Shown here piece after piece: positions 12,447 to 25,628 of a stretch of DNA of 64,000 nucleotides. Position 1 is the stretch's first letter. Every line of letters begins with the position of its first letter. The notes below the pieces were generated by a model that worked only from the letters and a program-made list of their open reading frames with translations, was not told the DNA's origin and ran no database searches. The translations under genes and the position numbers were made by a program. Origin of the DNA: Orbicella franksi (Eukaryota); contig OZ116698.1 of NCBI GenBank assembly GCA_964199315.1, positions 27,094,001 to 27,158,000 of the forward strand. The letters run 5' to 3'.

Positions 12447-15400
12447 GTACAACTGACGTTTGTTAACGTTTGTAGTGCCGTCGATTTGTATGTGTTGATG
12501 CCTAGCTTGATAAGATCCAGTGAAGTTTAGTGTTTCGAAATATTTAGTTATCTCATCAGTAATGTAATTTGTTCACAGAAGACATACGGTTGGAAGATTT
12601 TCGTGTTAAGCGAACTTTCGGTTGCGCAAAGGAGGTACTGACATGATTCCTTTTTGTTTTCTTTTTGGCAAATGTAGGAGGGCATTTAATCAACCAGTCA
12701 AGTGCGAAATGACACCCAGACTATTTTTAAAAATCTAACCCTTCAACTGATACACAAACAAAACGCAATCTAACCGTCAACCGTTTAAGCTCTCTGGTTT
12801 AAAAACTACATCACATGTTGACCTGGAAACATTACAACATTGCGCGTATCGATAGCGTTTATCGCGTTTAGAAGTTCGTTGGACTGTGTACACAGGCTAG
12901 GTTAACTCCGCTCAAGAAAACGGAGTAACCGTTAGCATGGAATATATGTTACATATTTTTAGACACCGTTGGTACATGCCCTTTAGTGACATTTTAAGGG
13001 CTTTTATCCTACTTGTGCGTTATGAGCTGAGTATAAAATTCACAGCGTTGATCATTTGATCAGGCATTGCTTCTATTGCTGTCAGCCAACGCGCCAGTTT
13101 TGAAATGAAGGCAAGTAAAAATTGCAAGGAGTGTTTTACAAAGAAACAACACTCAATTGACAAGATGTTTATGGCTACATCGCTATTTTATTAATTCTTA
13201 TTTTGCGCACACACGTACATGTATTGAAATGTCCTTCAGGCTATGTAAGGGAGTGAGTACAGTCAAGTAATATTTGCGCAAAAAATAAATCTGACAACAC
13301 GTTCTAAACTTAGTTTCCATCAAGGCTGAGTCTAAACAAGTTTGCAAATCCCACTCGTTCAAAATCTACATCAAATGAATTCTGACCCGATTAGTAATTA
13401 GTCTGTCATATGTTGATCTAAAAAAGTAAACATTGCAAAATCCCCACTAAATTTCGTCTTCGCATGCAGAATGCAGAATACATTTATCAGGGGTCTTTAC
13501 AAAGCTTCAATGGTTGTCTGAATGATGTCAGCATCGTTATCGCTTTCTTCTCTCCACGATCCAAGGGGAATAGGACGAGAATCCAGTAGTCTCTCCATCA
13601 TCGGTCGCGATTTTCCCACAGATGTTGCTACAAGCAAAACCCTTTGTAACAAGTGACATGGAATATTTCCAAGTCTAACTACCTCGTAATCCTCATTGAT
13701 TGATTTGTTTTTTCCACCTTTACTTCAATCTCGTACCTCGAGTCTTCGATCCTTACTGCGCATGCTGAAATGTTTTTCACTAGTGCATGAGCACAGGGGT
13801 TAGAAGCTGGGGAGTAGAAGCTTGGGAGGCGGAAACTGCATAGTTCTATATACGGTGCAGCTGGATCGCTTCAGACCATTTCCAAGCGCCCACGGGTATG
13901 GTGATTTGAACACTTTGGCCTGAATTTGTGTATATTCGTGGAAAAAATACGTAATTCCTTTTTTTTCATGTATAATATAATAATAATAATTTAATAACTT
14001 CTAGAGCGCCATTTACATTTACTGATCAACAGCACTTTTTAAATAACAGCTCATTTCAGTTGATTCTGTGAATAACACTAGGCGGGGATTATGAGGCCTT
14101 TCTCAGGCCTGAAACAAGCTCGGAAAAAAATAGCGAAAATGCAGGGCTAACATTTGAAACCTCGGCATTTTAAATTCCCTACGCACGGTTAATTACCGAA
14201 AGTTGACGATTAACTAACTGTTTCACTCCCCGGGTGATGGGGACTTCAATATAGCAAGGACGGGCTGCTCATCGAAAATTTTGTAAAGAGCCTCTAAGAG
14301 GTATCAAGATCCTGCTCTGCGGGTGTGGCTTGAAAGTTTTTTTTCACCCCTCAGTAGTACCAATTCCTAAACAACACATTATCTCCTGTCATAGTTTTTG
14401 GGTTCAATACCCTAAAAGGTACCGCGAAAGATCCCGCTGTGAACCTTTAGAGGATGAACGTCCTAGTTACCAAAAATGCTTTGTTGACCCTTAAAAGGTT
14501 AGGGGTTTCACGGTTAATTTAGTGTTGTTTGACTGGAGGCTTCGCAGTCGCAAAAAAGATCCGGTTAAAATTTAATATGTTGTGACAAGATAAGTATCAA
14601 AAGTAACGACAAAACGTAGTGTAGGGAAAAACGTCCACATTTATTAGCTAATTCCGAATGTGGTAGCCACTGGTTTTTCGTCCATCGATATGACGATGAC
14701 TACGCGTCATCCTGGGGGAGAGGTGACAGGGCTCTGCCGCTGCGGGTGGCTTGTCCAACCAATCTGCGCGCATATCCGCGTGTTATGTGGTGGCGTGAGG
14801 ACATTCGATATCAAATGACGACATATTAAACGCGGGAAAGCACCGCTTGAAGAGCATTCTTGGAACACGGAGTCAGTTGTGACTGGCACGTAACTTAGAT
14901 ACACGAAAACGTACGTTTGAAAAAAACCCGTTCCATTGCATTCATAATGCGGTGGGCTGCAGTAATTCTAGCGATAGGGACTATCCTTGTTTTTTTGACG
15001 CCTTCAAACGCGTCGTGGTGGTGGCGAAGACGAAGACGAACCTGCTCCCTCGTCAACTGCAGGGTGAGCGCCTGGACCACTTGGAATACATGCACTCAAT
15101 CGTGCGGCGGTGGGTTAACTTCGCGCAACCGGACAAAAACGCGCACGGAATCTTGTGGAGGGAGTTGCCATTACCCTTTAGCAGAAACGAAAATATGCAA
15201 TACCGACTGCTGTCCCTTCCACTGTGCTTACACGTGGAATGCGTGGAGTAAGTGTGCTACATGTGGAAACTCTACTCAGTACCGGTCGCCGAATGTCATA
15301 ATACAAAGTTCCTGCAACGGAACAGCGTGCCCTGTGAATGAAACGCGGTCTTGCAACACTTCAGTGTAAGTACAACATTTGTTTAGTTATCTCATCAGTT

Positions 15401-17635
15401 GTAAAACCAGTCGTAACTATTAAGAGCCAATGTAACTAATGTGACTTCTTTACAGAAGACATACGGTTGGAAGATTTTCGTGTTAAGCGAACTTTCGGTT
15501 GCGCAAAGCAAGTTCTGACATGATTCCTTTTTTTTTTTGTTTCTTTTTTACTAATTGAAGACGCCATTTAATTAACCAGACAAGAGCGAAATGACACTCA
15601 GGCTATTTTTAAAAATCGTCATAGTAGGTTTTTCTTTTCTGTTCAATCTTTGCGGGTTTTCAGGGGCAGCAAAATTCTTCATAAATACGGTATTTCTGCG
15701 CCAACCCTTCAAACTGATACACAAATTAAACGCAATCTAACCGTCAACCGATTAAGCTCTCTGGTTTAAAAACTACGTCACATGTTGAGCTAGAAACATT
15801 GCAATACTTCCAGTTTCGGTGCGTAACGATAGCGTTTATCGCCTTTGGAAGTTCGTCTACTTGGGTTTGGAGCGTGAAGGGCTACTCGGCTCAAGAAAAC
15901 AAAGGAACATAGCATGGAAACATATGTTACATATTTTCAGACACCGTTGGTACAGGCCCTTTAGTAACTTTTTAAGGGCTTTAATCCTATTTGTGCGTTA
16001 TGGACTGAGTATAAAATTCACAGCATTGATCATTTGATCAGGCATTGCTTCTACTGCTGTCAGCCAACGCGCCAATTTTGAAAAGGAGGTAAGTAAAAAT
16101 TGCAAGGTGTGTTTTACAAAGAAACAACACTCAATTAACAAGATGTTTATGGCTACATCGCTATTTTATTAACTCTTATTTTGCGCACACACGTACATGT
16201 ATTGAAATGTCCGTCAGGCTATGTAAGGGAGTGAGTACAGTCAAGTAATATTTGCGCAAAAAATAAATCTGACAACACGTTCTAAACTTAGTTTCCATCA
16301 AGGCTGAGTCTAAACAAGTTTGCAAATCCCACTCGTTCAAAATCTACATCAAATGAATTCTGACCTGATTAGTGATTAGTCTGTCATATGTTGATCTACA
16401 AAAGCAAACATTGCAAAATCCCACTGAATTTCGTCTTTGCATGCAGAATGCAGAATACATTTATCAGGGGTCTTTACAAAGCTTCAACAGATGTTGCCAC
16501 AAGCAAAACCCTTTGTAACAAGTGACGTGGAATATTTCCAAGTCTAACTACCTCGTAATCCTCATTGATGGATTTGTTTTTTCCACCTTTACTTCAATCT
16601 CGTACCTCGAGTCTTCGATACTTACTGCGCATGCTGAAATGCTTTTCATTAGCGCATGAGCACTGGAGTTAGAAGCTGGCGAGTAGAAGCTGGGGAGGCG
16701 GAAACTGCACAGTTTGATATACGGTGCGACTGGGTCGCTTCAGACCATTTCCAAGCGCCTAAGGGTGTGGTGATTTGAACACTTTGGCCTGAATCTGTGT
16801 ATATTCGTGGAAAAATACGTAATTCCTTTTTTCATTTGTAATATAATAATAATAATTTAATAACTTCTAGAGCGCCATTTACATTTACTGATCAACAGCA
16901 CTTTTTAAATAACAGCTCATTTCAGTTGATTCCGTGAATAACACTAGGCGGGGATTATGAGGCCTTTCTCAGGCCTGAAACAAGCTCGGAAAAAAATAGC
17001 GAAAATGCAGGGCTAACATTTGAAACCTCGGCATTTTAAATTCCCTACGCACGGTTAATTACCGAAAGTTGACGATTAACTAACTGTTTCACTCCCCGGG
17101 TGGTGGGGACTTCAATATAGCAAGGACGGGCTGCTCATCGGAAATTTTGTAAAGAGCCTCTAAGAGGTATCAAGATCCTGCTCTGCGGGTGTGGCTTGAA
17201 AGTTTTTTTCACCCCTCAGTAGTACCAATTCCTAAACAACACATTATCTCCTGTCATAGTTTTTTCGGTTCAATACACTGAAAGGTACCGCGAAAGATCC
17301 CGCTGTGGACCTTTAGAGGATGAACGTCCTAGTTACCAAAAATGCTTTGTTGACCCTTAAAAGGTTAGGGGTTTCACGGTTAATTTAGTGTTGTTTGACT
17401 GGAGGCTTCGCAGTCGCAAAAAAGATCCGGTTAAAATTTAATATGTTGTGACAAGATAAGTATCAAAAGTAACGACAAAACGTAGTGTAGGGAAAAACGT
17501 CCACATTTATTAGCTAATTCCGAATGTGGTAGCCACTGGTTTTTCGTCCATCGATATGACGATGACTACGCGTCATCCTGGGGGAGAGGTGACTGGGCTC
17601 TGCCGCTGCGGGTGGCTAGTCCAACCAATCCGCGC
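12447..17635 (+). repeat. Tandem segmental duplication: V1 3' flank (~12447-14780) and V2 3' flank (~15370-17635)
   Basis: Long colinear near-identical blocks with indels. The proximal part of the module recurs at ~19.1, ~21.0 and ~26.5 kb. Confidence 0.85.
14947..15369 (+). CDS. Cassette V2 (intact, 140 aa): signal peptide-WWWRRRRRT-2xTSR
   Basis: First ATG at 14947 (the ORF track starts at an upstream TTG). WxxW, CxxxCGGG and RxRxR motifs; stop overlaps donor GTAAGT at 15366. Confidence 0.9.
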   Translation: MRWAAVILAIGTILVFLTPSNASWWWRRRRRTCSLVNCRVSAWTTWNTCTQSCGGGLTSRNRTKTRTESCGGSCHYPLAETKICNTDCCPFHCAYTWNAWSKCATCGNSTQYRSPNVIIQSSCNGTACPVNETRSCNTSV

Positions 17636-18308
17636 GCCGCGGCCGGAAGGTTTTCTTGTAGCTAGTGTGGACAGGGGAACAGGAGATGCATGATGGCAGC
17701 AGTAGGCTTCGATATTCGGCTGCAGCGATCTTGCTGTAGCCACTATACGTTGGCAGCATACCCGTGTTGAGTTAAAAAAAACGTCTGTGTAATAGAGTGT
17801 TTTTCATGTGACGTTATTGCAGCCACGTTGGTGTTGCCAAACAATAAAATCCTACTAGCTCCTGTTTCCGCCGCTCCGTCGTGTCTGGGGAGGAGCGCGG
17901 GCTCCTTTCCCGAACAGCGGCTGGTAATCGAGCCTGCTCCTGTTAGACCTGTCTGTATTCCTCCAAAACCAAAAAACCGGATATTTCAAATGCAAAAACC
18001 GAAAAACCAATCTAAAAAATAAGAAAAATTTCCTCTGTGATTAGCCTCCGACGCAGAGGCTCTTTGGGCTCGTTGCGCAATCTTCCTCCGTTTGCGTGAC
18101 GAGCCCAAAGAAAGTCTACGTTAGATCTTACTCTATGATAGACAGACACTTGTACATTTCTTCTAACGACACATTATCCAATCGAGATCAAATCACAACA
18201 TATTAAACGCGGGAAAGCACCGCTTGAAGAGCTTTCTTGGAACGTGGAATCAGTTGTGACTAGATACACGAAAACGCACATTTGATAAAAACCGGCACCA
18301 TTCCACTT

Positions 18309-18734
18309 ATGATGCGGTGGGCTGCTGTAATTCTAGCGATAGGGACTATCCTTGTTGTTTTGACGCCTTCAAACGCGTGGAGAAGGCGACGACGAAAACG
18401 CTGGGAATGCTCCCCCGTCAACTGCAGGGTGAGCCCCTGGAGTACTTGGAATACATGCACTCAATCGTGCGGCGGTGGGTTAACTTCGCGCACGCGGACA
18501 AAAACGACCACGGAGTCTTGTGGAGGGAGTTGCCACAGTTACCATTTACGAGAAACGAAAATATGCAATACGGAATGCTGTCCCTTCAACTGTGTTTACA
18601 CGTGGAGTGCGTGGAGTAAGTGTGCTACATGTGGAAACTCTACCCAGTACCGGTCGCCGAATATCATAACACAAAGTTCCTGCAACGGAACGTGTCCTGT
18701 GAATGAAACACGGTCTTGCAGCACTTCAGTGTAA
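18309..18734 (+). CDS. Cassette V3 (intact, 141 aa): signal peptide-WRRRRRKRW-2xTSR
   Basis: ATG at 18309; 15 conserved Cys; donor GTAAGT at 18731. Confidence 0.9.
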   Translation: MMRWAAVILAIGTILVVLTPSNAWRRRRRKRWECSPVNCRVSPWSTWNTCTQSCGGGLTSRTRTKTTTESCGGSCHSYHLRETKICNTECCPFNCVYTWSAWSKCATCGNSTQYRSPNIITQSSCNGTCPVNETRSCSTSV

Positions 18735-19499
18735 GTACGACTGACGTTTGTTAACGTTTGTAATGCCGTCGATTTGTACGTGTTGTTGCCTGGCTTGAAA
18801 AGATCCAGTGAAGTTTAGTGTTTCGAAATATTTACCGGTAGCTATCTCATCAGTTGTAAAACTAGTCGTAAATATTAACAGCTAATGTAATTTGTTCACA
18901 GAAGACATACGGTTGAGAGATTTTCGTGTTAAGCGAACTTTCGGTTGCGCAACGTAAGTACTGACATTGTACTGATTCCTTTTTTTTCTTTTTTGCTAAT
19001 GGAACAGGGCATTTAATTAACCAGTCAAGTGCGAAGTGACACCTTGGCTATTTTTAAAAATCGTCTCTGTTCAATATTTGCGGGTTTTCAGGGGCAGCAA
19101 AATTCTTAAGTACGGTATTTTTGCGCCAACCCTTCAAACTGATACACAAATTAAACGCAGTCTAACCGTCAAACGATTAAGCTCTCTGGTTTAAAAATTA
19201 CATCACATGCATGTTGACCTAGAAATATTGCAAGACTTCCAGTTTTCGGCATGATTCCTCTCATTTTCTTTTTTGCTAATGGAAGAGGGCATTTAAAGTG
19301 GCTCAAAAGAGTTTCCAGCACTTAGATTTTGATGAGTCATTATAAGCACTCTTTATCACTCGATGCTACAATCATGGTATCAAAAAACTGCCCAATCATT
19401 GGTGAATACGTTGTTACCATTTTCGTGCCAAAATGGGTTACCATAGCAACGGTATGACCTGCTAAAAACACCCTTAATTACAGCTTTAGGGAATTATAA

Positions 19500-20945
19500 T
19501 TCAAAAATGACTCAGCGAAATACTATACAACACATTACTCTATCGGAAATTTTATTTGCGATATCAACGTGAACCCAGGCATGAAGGTCGCTGCGATCTT
19601 CTTGGCTCTGCTCTTTACAACTTGTTTTCCCTCCTCGGTTGATTCATGGCGAAGACGACGACGTAGGCGATGTAAACGTGACTGAACGCCTGGTCCTTGG
19701 AGTAGCTGGACCACCTGTACAACACCATGCGACAGGGGTAAGCAGTACCGCACAAGAGAGATATCTGTATCCGCGGTCTGCGGAGGCTCTTGCAGCCATG
19801 CTTTAAAGGCGACTCAAAGTTGCAACACACAATGTTGCCCTGTCAATTGCGCTTGGAGCTGGAACCTGTGGGGTCCGTGCAGTGGTTGTGAGATTTCAAA
19901 GAACACGCGCACGATAAAAATTACACGGAATCCAAGTTGTGGAGGAACGGCGTGCCCCAGTCAAACAGGCCGTGAAACCATAAGTTGTGACACAGTTAAG
20001 ACGTCATGTCAATATTAATGTTCTACTAATTTCGATGGTGGCTATAAATCATTGGCTTTTAATCAACTTATACGCCAATCATAACTACTAAAATTTTGTC
20101 ATGTTATGTAACCAGAATGTTAAATGTTTCTAAATTCACATACATTGTAACTCTCTCTGAGGGGGACGTTGGGGGGTTCTGAACACCGCAATACCGCAAA
20201 AAAAAATTCGGCCAATACGGCATCATCGCAAATAACGTCGTAAAATACCGCAACACTTCAATCGGCCGGGTCAAAATTCAATGTCATACCGAAACCACTA
20301 CTCTGTATGTCAAGTTTAGAGCAAATAACACGGAAATAGCAATTAGGAATTTGTAATTTTCGATTTAGACAAAGTAAGCAAAATAAGTAACATCCATTCG
20401 CGTCTTGGCTGATTATTAACTAAAAATAACTTACCCTTTTCCAATGGGAAACTGGAAAAGGCATCGGAAAACGTTGAAGAACTTGGAGGATAATTTTTAA
20501 TACCGTCCAAAATGTTAAAAAAAAAAACGCATCCAGCAGGCGCGGAGAATACCGCAATACCGCAAACCCCAATAAAGTCCCCCTCCACTCTCTCTCTTCC
20601 AAACTCTTTTGAACAACATCACTCTCTCTCGATCACGCCCAAAAGCGGTAACAATGATTGGAGAGCGTTCCTAAGTGACGTCATCAAAATGCTAATCCTG
20701 GAAAGCTGTTCCTCCAGCACACAGTCTCAACATGTGTGTCGCTCAGGGTGTGTCGTTAAATACTGGCAGGACTGTTTTTGTTTTTTTTGCTTGTTTCTGC
20801 AAAGTGCTCCGTCCGTGATAATATGTAAAATTGTCTTAGCTGAAGTATGAGTGACGAATGGCAAATTCGAGAATTTGCGAAGCGCGCTACTAATGGCTCT
20901 TTCTGTGTGTCCGATGAATTTTTTAGGCTGTGATCCATGAACTTT
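19500..20945 (+). repeat. Dispersed duplicate of ~53170-54290 (V14 and its flank)
   Basis: Colinear similarity through the cassette and downstream sequence, with different insertions in each copy. Confidence 0.85.
19581..20018 (+). pseudogene. Cassette V4: disabled near-duplicate of V14
   Basis: ATG at 19581 (MKVAAIFLALL...WRRRRRRRCKRD*). TGC>TGA nonsense at 19683-19685. A 9-nt deletion relative to V14 removes Gly-Val-stop and the donor. Confidence 0.9.
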
Positions 20946-21956
20946 CACAAATTAAACTCAAACCGTCAACCGATTAAGCTCTCTGGTTTGAGAACTACAT
21001 CACATGTTGACCTAGAAACACTGCAATACTTCCAGTTTCCGGCGCGTAACGATAGCTTTTGTCGCCTTTAGAAGTTCGTCTACGTAGGTTTGGAGCGTGA
21101 AGGTTTACTCCGCTCAAGAAAACGGAGCAACGTAGCATGCAAATATATCTTACATATTTTTAGTCACCGTTGGTGCATGCCCTTTAGTGGTGTTTCTGAG
21201 TATAAAATTCATTACGCTGATAATTTGACCAGGCATTTTTATATTCAGTTTTTACAAAGAAATAACACTCAGGTAAGAAGATGCTTCTAGCTACATCGCT
21301 ATTTTTTTTTAACTTTTATTTTGGGCACACAAGTACATGTTTTGAAATGTTCTTCCTGTGTAATGGAGCAAGCATCAATTACTGCGCAAATAAAGCATCA
21401 ATCAACACTTAACATTATTTTCCATCAAGGCTGCAGGTCTAAGCATGTTTTTCAATCTCTGTTGTTCCAAATCCACATCAAGTGACTTCTGACCTGATTA
21501 GTGTGAATATGAAATTGTAAATCCAGACGTATGACTCTGGGTATGTTTCTTTTGGCATTTACTATTTATTATGAATTCTTATTAGTGATCAGTCCGTCAT
21601 ATGTTGATCTACAAAAGTAAACACTACGGCATCCAACTGAGTTTCGTCTTCGCATGCAGAACGCTTTTATCGTCTTTATAGAGCTTCAAGGTTGTCTAAA
21701 TGATGTCATCATCGTAATCGCTTCCTTCTCTCCTCGATCCAAGGGGAATGGGGCGAGAATCCAACTCTCTCCATCATCGGTCTCGATTTGACTACAGATG
21801 GCGCCAGAACAAGTGGCATGGAATATTACCAAGTGTAACTCCGTAATCCTCAATGACTGATTTTGCTCTTCTTGACCTTTATCGAGACCTTTATGTAACA
21901 ATTTTCTTCACTAGTGCATGAGCACTGGGTCCGAACTGGGAGTAGACGGAGAATAC

Positions 21957-21958
<2 letters not shown>

Positions 21959-22034
<76 letters not shown>
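21959..22034. repeat. (AT)n microsatellite, about 38 units
   Basis: Directly visible. Confidence 0.97.
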
Positions 22035-22036
<2 letters not shown>

Positions 22037-23910
22037 GGTCCGGCTGGGTCTCTTCAGACTATTTCCAGGAGCCAATGAGTATGATGCTTAAGGCATCTTA
22101 TTTGTACACTTTGGCCTGGTTTTGGGTATTCTTTTTTTCATTTACCATATAACAGTATCAGTCAGTATTGATTCTTAGAATTCCGTGGATAACGTCAGGC
22201 GGGGATTATGACGCCTTTCTCAGGTCTGAAATAAACTCGAATAAACTGGCGAAAATGCAGCACTAACATTTGATGCGTCGGCATTTTAAATTCCCTAGGC
22301 CTGGTTAATTACTGAAACTAATAAAGAAGTGTTTCACTTTCCTGTCGACACAGCATAAGCATTTTTCTGTTGTTTTAATATTGTTCGACTGGAGGTTTTG
22401 CGACTGATCCGATTAAAATTTAATATGCTCTGACAAGGCAAGGAACAAAAGTAATGACAAAACGTAGCTTAGCTCTTCAAATGTAGCGAGAAACTTCCAC
22501 GATCGTTAGTAAATTCCGAAAGTGGTAGCCTCTTGTCTTTCGTCCGTCGGTACGACGATGACCACGAGTCATACCGGGACAGGGGTGGCTGGGCTCTGTG
22601 GCTGCGGGTGGCTTGTTTAACCGATCTGCGGCCGCAAGGTTTTCCTGTAGTGTGGACAGGGGAACAGGAGATGCATGGCGGCGACAGGAGCGGGTTTTCT
22701 AGGCAACGATGCTCGGCCGCAGCGATCTTGTTGCAGTGTGACAACAGGTTTTTCCGCTCTGAACTCTAAAAGGGGGAAACGGGTGTCGAGGGGCCTAACT
22801 AGCTGGAAACTTGTGCGCTTGACCCTATGAAATTAACTCCACTCGGGAATTAGCTCGAAGCAACTCCGCGCTTGCTGCGGGCGAGGAACTTGTCACCGGT
22901 TCCAAAATACCGTTGGTTCTGCTACAAGTGGAAATACGAACACTCGTAGAACTTGGACTTTACTCGTTTATTCTTCTGTCTTCAACTTCGACGTGGTAAA
23001 TCGTCGAGATGTAAATTGAATTACAATGATAAGAGCACTTTACTTATACTAGCGAGAACAAGATTGCATCATCCTAGGTACAATTGACAGACAGCTGAAT
23101 AAAGTCAGCTTGAAAGCTGAACTGAGTAGCTTGAATAAACTCAACTGCATTACGATAATACGTCAGATTATCGTTGATGGCGTTGAAGAAATTTTGGAAC
23201 AAGACTGCAGGCAATAAAGCTTTATATGACACATAGAACTTCTTGACCTTCTTGCAGAAATGTTATTAGTATCGAACACACAGCCAGTGCCGAGTTTGTT
23301 GCTTTTTGACTAGTTTTGCCGTTTCGGAGAAAGGAAAAATTTTCCTGTACGGTCTAGGCGTGTTTACAAATTTTCAACACCCAAAATTATATTCTTTTTA
23401 AAATCCCAGCCTCAAGTTTATTTTAAAAATATTCTTAGAATTAAAAATAAAAGAGTGTAGAGTGTTTCATATGACGTCTTCGTGACCATGTTGGTGTTCC
23501 CAAAGTCACAATAAAATCCTTGTAGCCCATGTTAGACCTGTCGGCACTCCTGAAGATTCTTACTAGAGGAATAACCTTTCATTATTATTACAACTCACAC
23601 GGTAACGTTTTTCCAACGGACTTGGTGCAGGGCGTTTCCGCGATCAATACTGACAGAAAATTGTGGCAAACTGTCTGTATAATTATGTCAATTATATAGT
23701 CCATTGGTCGCTACGCGTGCCAGGCACACTCATGTTCTAAAAGTCCAGCGTGTTCTCGCCACGTCTAACATTTACTTTGATATATTTTAGAATGTATATT
23801 TTTCATACCCAGGCTGGATAGTCATATTTCTGTCGACTTAAAAAATATTATTGTGTACATTCTTGTATACATTTATGTCATTTAAGACATAACATAACAT
23901 AACGTGTGAA

Positions 23911-24138
23911 TAGTTCGTATAGTGGGATCGTCCGGATGAGTGTAGTTCTTAAAAGAACTGTTCTCGGTGACTGACGTTTCGACAACCTGAGCGGAAGTCA
24001 TCTTCAGAGTCTGAAGATGACTTCCGCTCAGGTTGTCGAAACGTCAGTCACCGAGAACAGTTCTTTTAAGAACTACACTCATCCGGACGATCGCACTATA
24101 CGAACTACTGATACTCCTGGGCTCAAACCATTTCCTGT
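23911..24138. mobile_element. Penelope-like-derived foldback insertion with hammerhead-like core and 12-bp TSD
   Basis: Near-perfect 98-bp arms 23911-24008 / 24010-24107 plus a tail. TSD ataacgtgtgaa at 23899-23910 and 24139-24150. Empty site at about 28930 upstream of V7. Confidence 0.85.
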
Positions 24139-24273
24139 ATAACGTGTGAAACCATACATTTATCGGGGAGCTTTCACAAAGTCAAGTCCGGCGGTACCTG
24201 GTATGCGCGGCGCGGGTAATACGTGGACGTTTGTGTAAAGCACGTTTGAAAACGCGTTTACTAGTTTTCACTT

Positions 24274-24693
24274 ATGATGCGGTGCGCTGCTCTAATTCTG
24301 GCACTGGGAGTCATCGCAGTCGTCTTGACGCCTTCAAACGCTTGGCGGAGACCACGGAGAAGGCGCTGTCCGGTTAGGCACTGTACGGTTAGCAGTTGGA
24401 CCTCATGGAGTTTGTGTACTCGATCGTGCGGCGGTGGATCAACCACACGTACGCGGAGAAAAACTGCCAGCGAGTCTTGTGGAGGAGGATGCCCCTACCA
24501 TTTTAAGGAAACGAAATTATGCAACACAAAATGCTGTCCTGTGAACTGTCTTTATACGTGGAGCTCGTGGAACAAGTGTACGGGATGTGGGACATCCACA
24601 CAGTCGCGGTCACCGAATATCAAAAGACAAAGTTCTTGCAACGGACGAGCTTGCCCCGCAAAGCAAACGCGGTCTTGCAATACCAGAGTGTAA
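24274..24693 (+). CDS. Cassette V5 (intact, 139 aa): signal peptide-WRRPRRRR-2xTSR
   Basis: ORF with ATG start; 15 Cys; donor GTAAGT at 24690. Confidence 0.9.
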   Translation: MMRCAALILALGVIAVVLTPSNAWRRPRRRRCPVRHCTVSSWTSWSLCTRSCGGGSTTRTRRKTASESCGGGCPYHFKETKLCNTKCCPVNCLYTWSSWNKCTGCGTSTQSRSPNIKRQSSCNGRACPAKQTRSCNTRV

Positions 24694-25628
24694 GTACAAT
24701 AGATACTGTATTTGCATATGTTTATCTTAGCTTCTTAAAATGGCTCGATGAATTGAAGTTTTTATAAACTATTCTTTTATCAGATTATTTACCCTGTCCC
24801 AGGCTCAGATTATTTTACAAAAGCAAGAGATTTGACAAAAGTAACGACAAAACGTAGTGTAGCGAAAAACGTCCACTTTTATTAGAAAATTCCACTGGTT
24901 TTTCGTCCGTCGGTACGACGATGATTACGCGTCACCCTGGGGTAGAGGTGACTGGGCTCTGCCGCTGCGGGTGGCTTTCCCAACCAATCTGCGCGCCGCG
25001 GCCGGAAGGTTTTCTTGTAGCTAGTGTAGACAGGAGAACAGGAGATGCATGGCAGGAGGCTTCGATATTCGGTTGTCAACATACCCGTGTTGAGCCAAAA
25101 AAAACGTCTGTGTAATAGAGTGTTTTCATGTGACGTTATAGCAGCCATGTTGGTGTTGCCAAACAATAAAGTCCTACTAGTTCCTGTTTCCGCCGCTCCG
25201 TCGTGTCTGCGGAGCAGCGCGGGCTCCTTTCCCGAACAGCGGCTGGTAATTGGGCCTGCTCCTGTTAGACCTGTCGGTATTCCTCCAAAACCAAAAAACC
25301 GGATATTTCAAACGCAAAAACCGAAAATCCAATCTAAAAAATATGACCGATTGCTTCTATGATAAGCCTCCTGCCCAGAGGCTCTTTGGTGACGAGCCAA
25401 AAGACAGTCTGCGTTGGAGGCTACTCTATGATAGACAGACACATGTACATTTCTTCTAGCGACACTTTATCCTATGTTATGTGGTGGCGTGAGGACATTC
25501 GATATCAAATCACAACATATTTTAAAACGCGGGAAAGCACCGCTTAAAGAGCTTTCTTGGAACGCGGAGTCAATTGTATTGTGACTGGCGCGTAACTTAG
25601 ATACACGAAAACTCGTTCCATTCGATTC

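Larger units (their letters stand above)
22990..24835 (+). repeat. Duplicate of ~27945-29605 (V5 and V7 units)
   Basis: Colinear similarity. They differ by the Penelope-derived insertion and by a ~350-bp upstream segment present only before V7. Confidence 0.85.

Noticed and set aside
19683-19685. In-frame TGA at a conserved Cys position in V4, raising the idea of selenocysteine
   Set aside because: It is a single C>A change from V14's TGC. The same copy has also lost its stop/donor, and I recognised no SECIS. A pseudogene is more parsimonious.
22770-22990. Polypurine tract followed by TG, a possible LTR start
   Set aside because: I found no second LTR, TSD or linked coding remnant.
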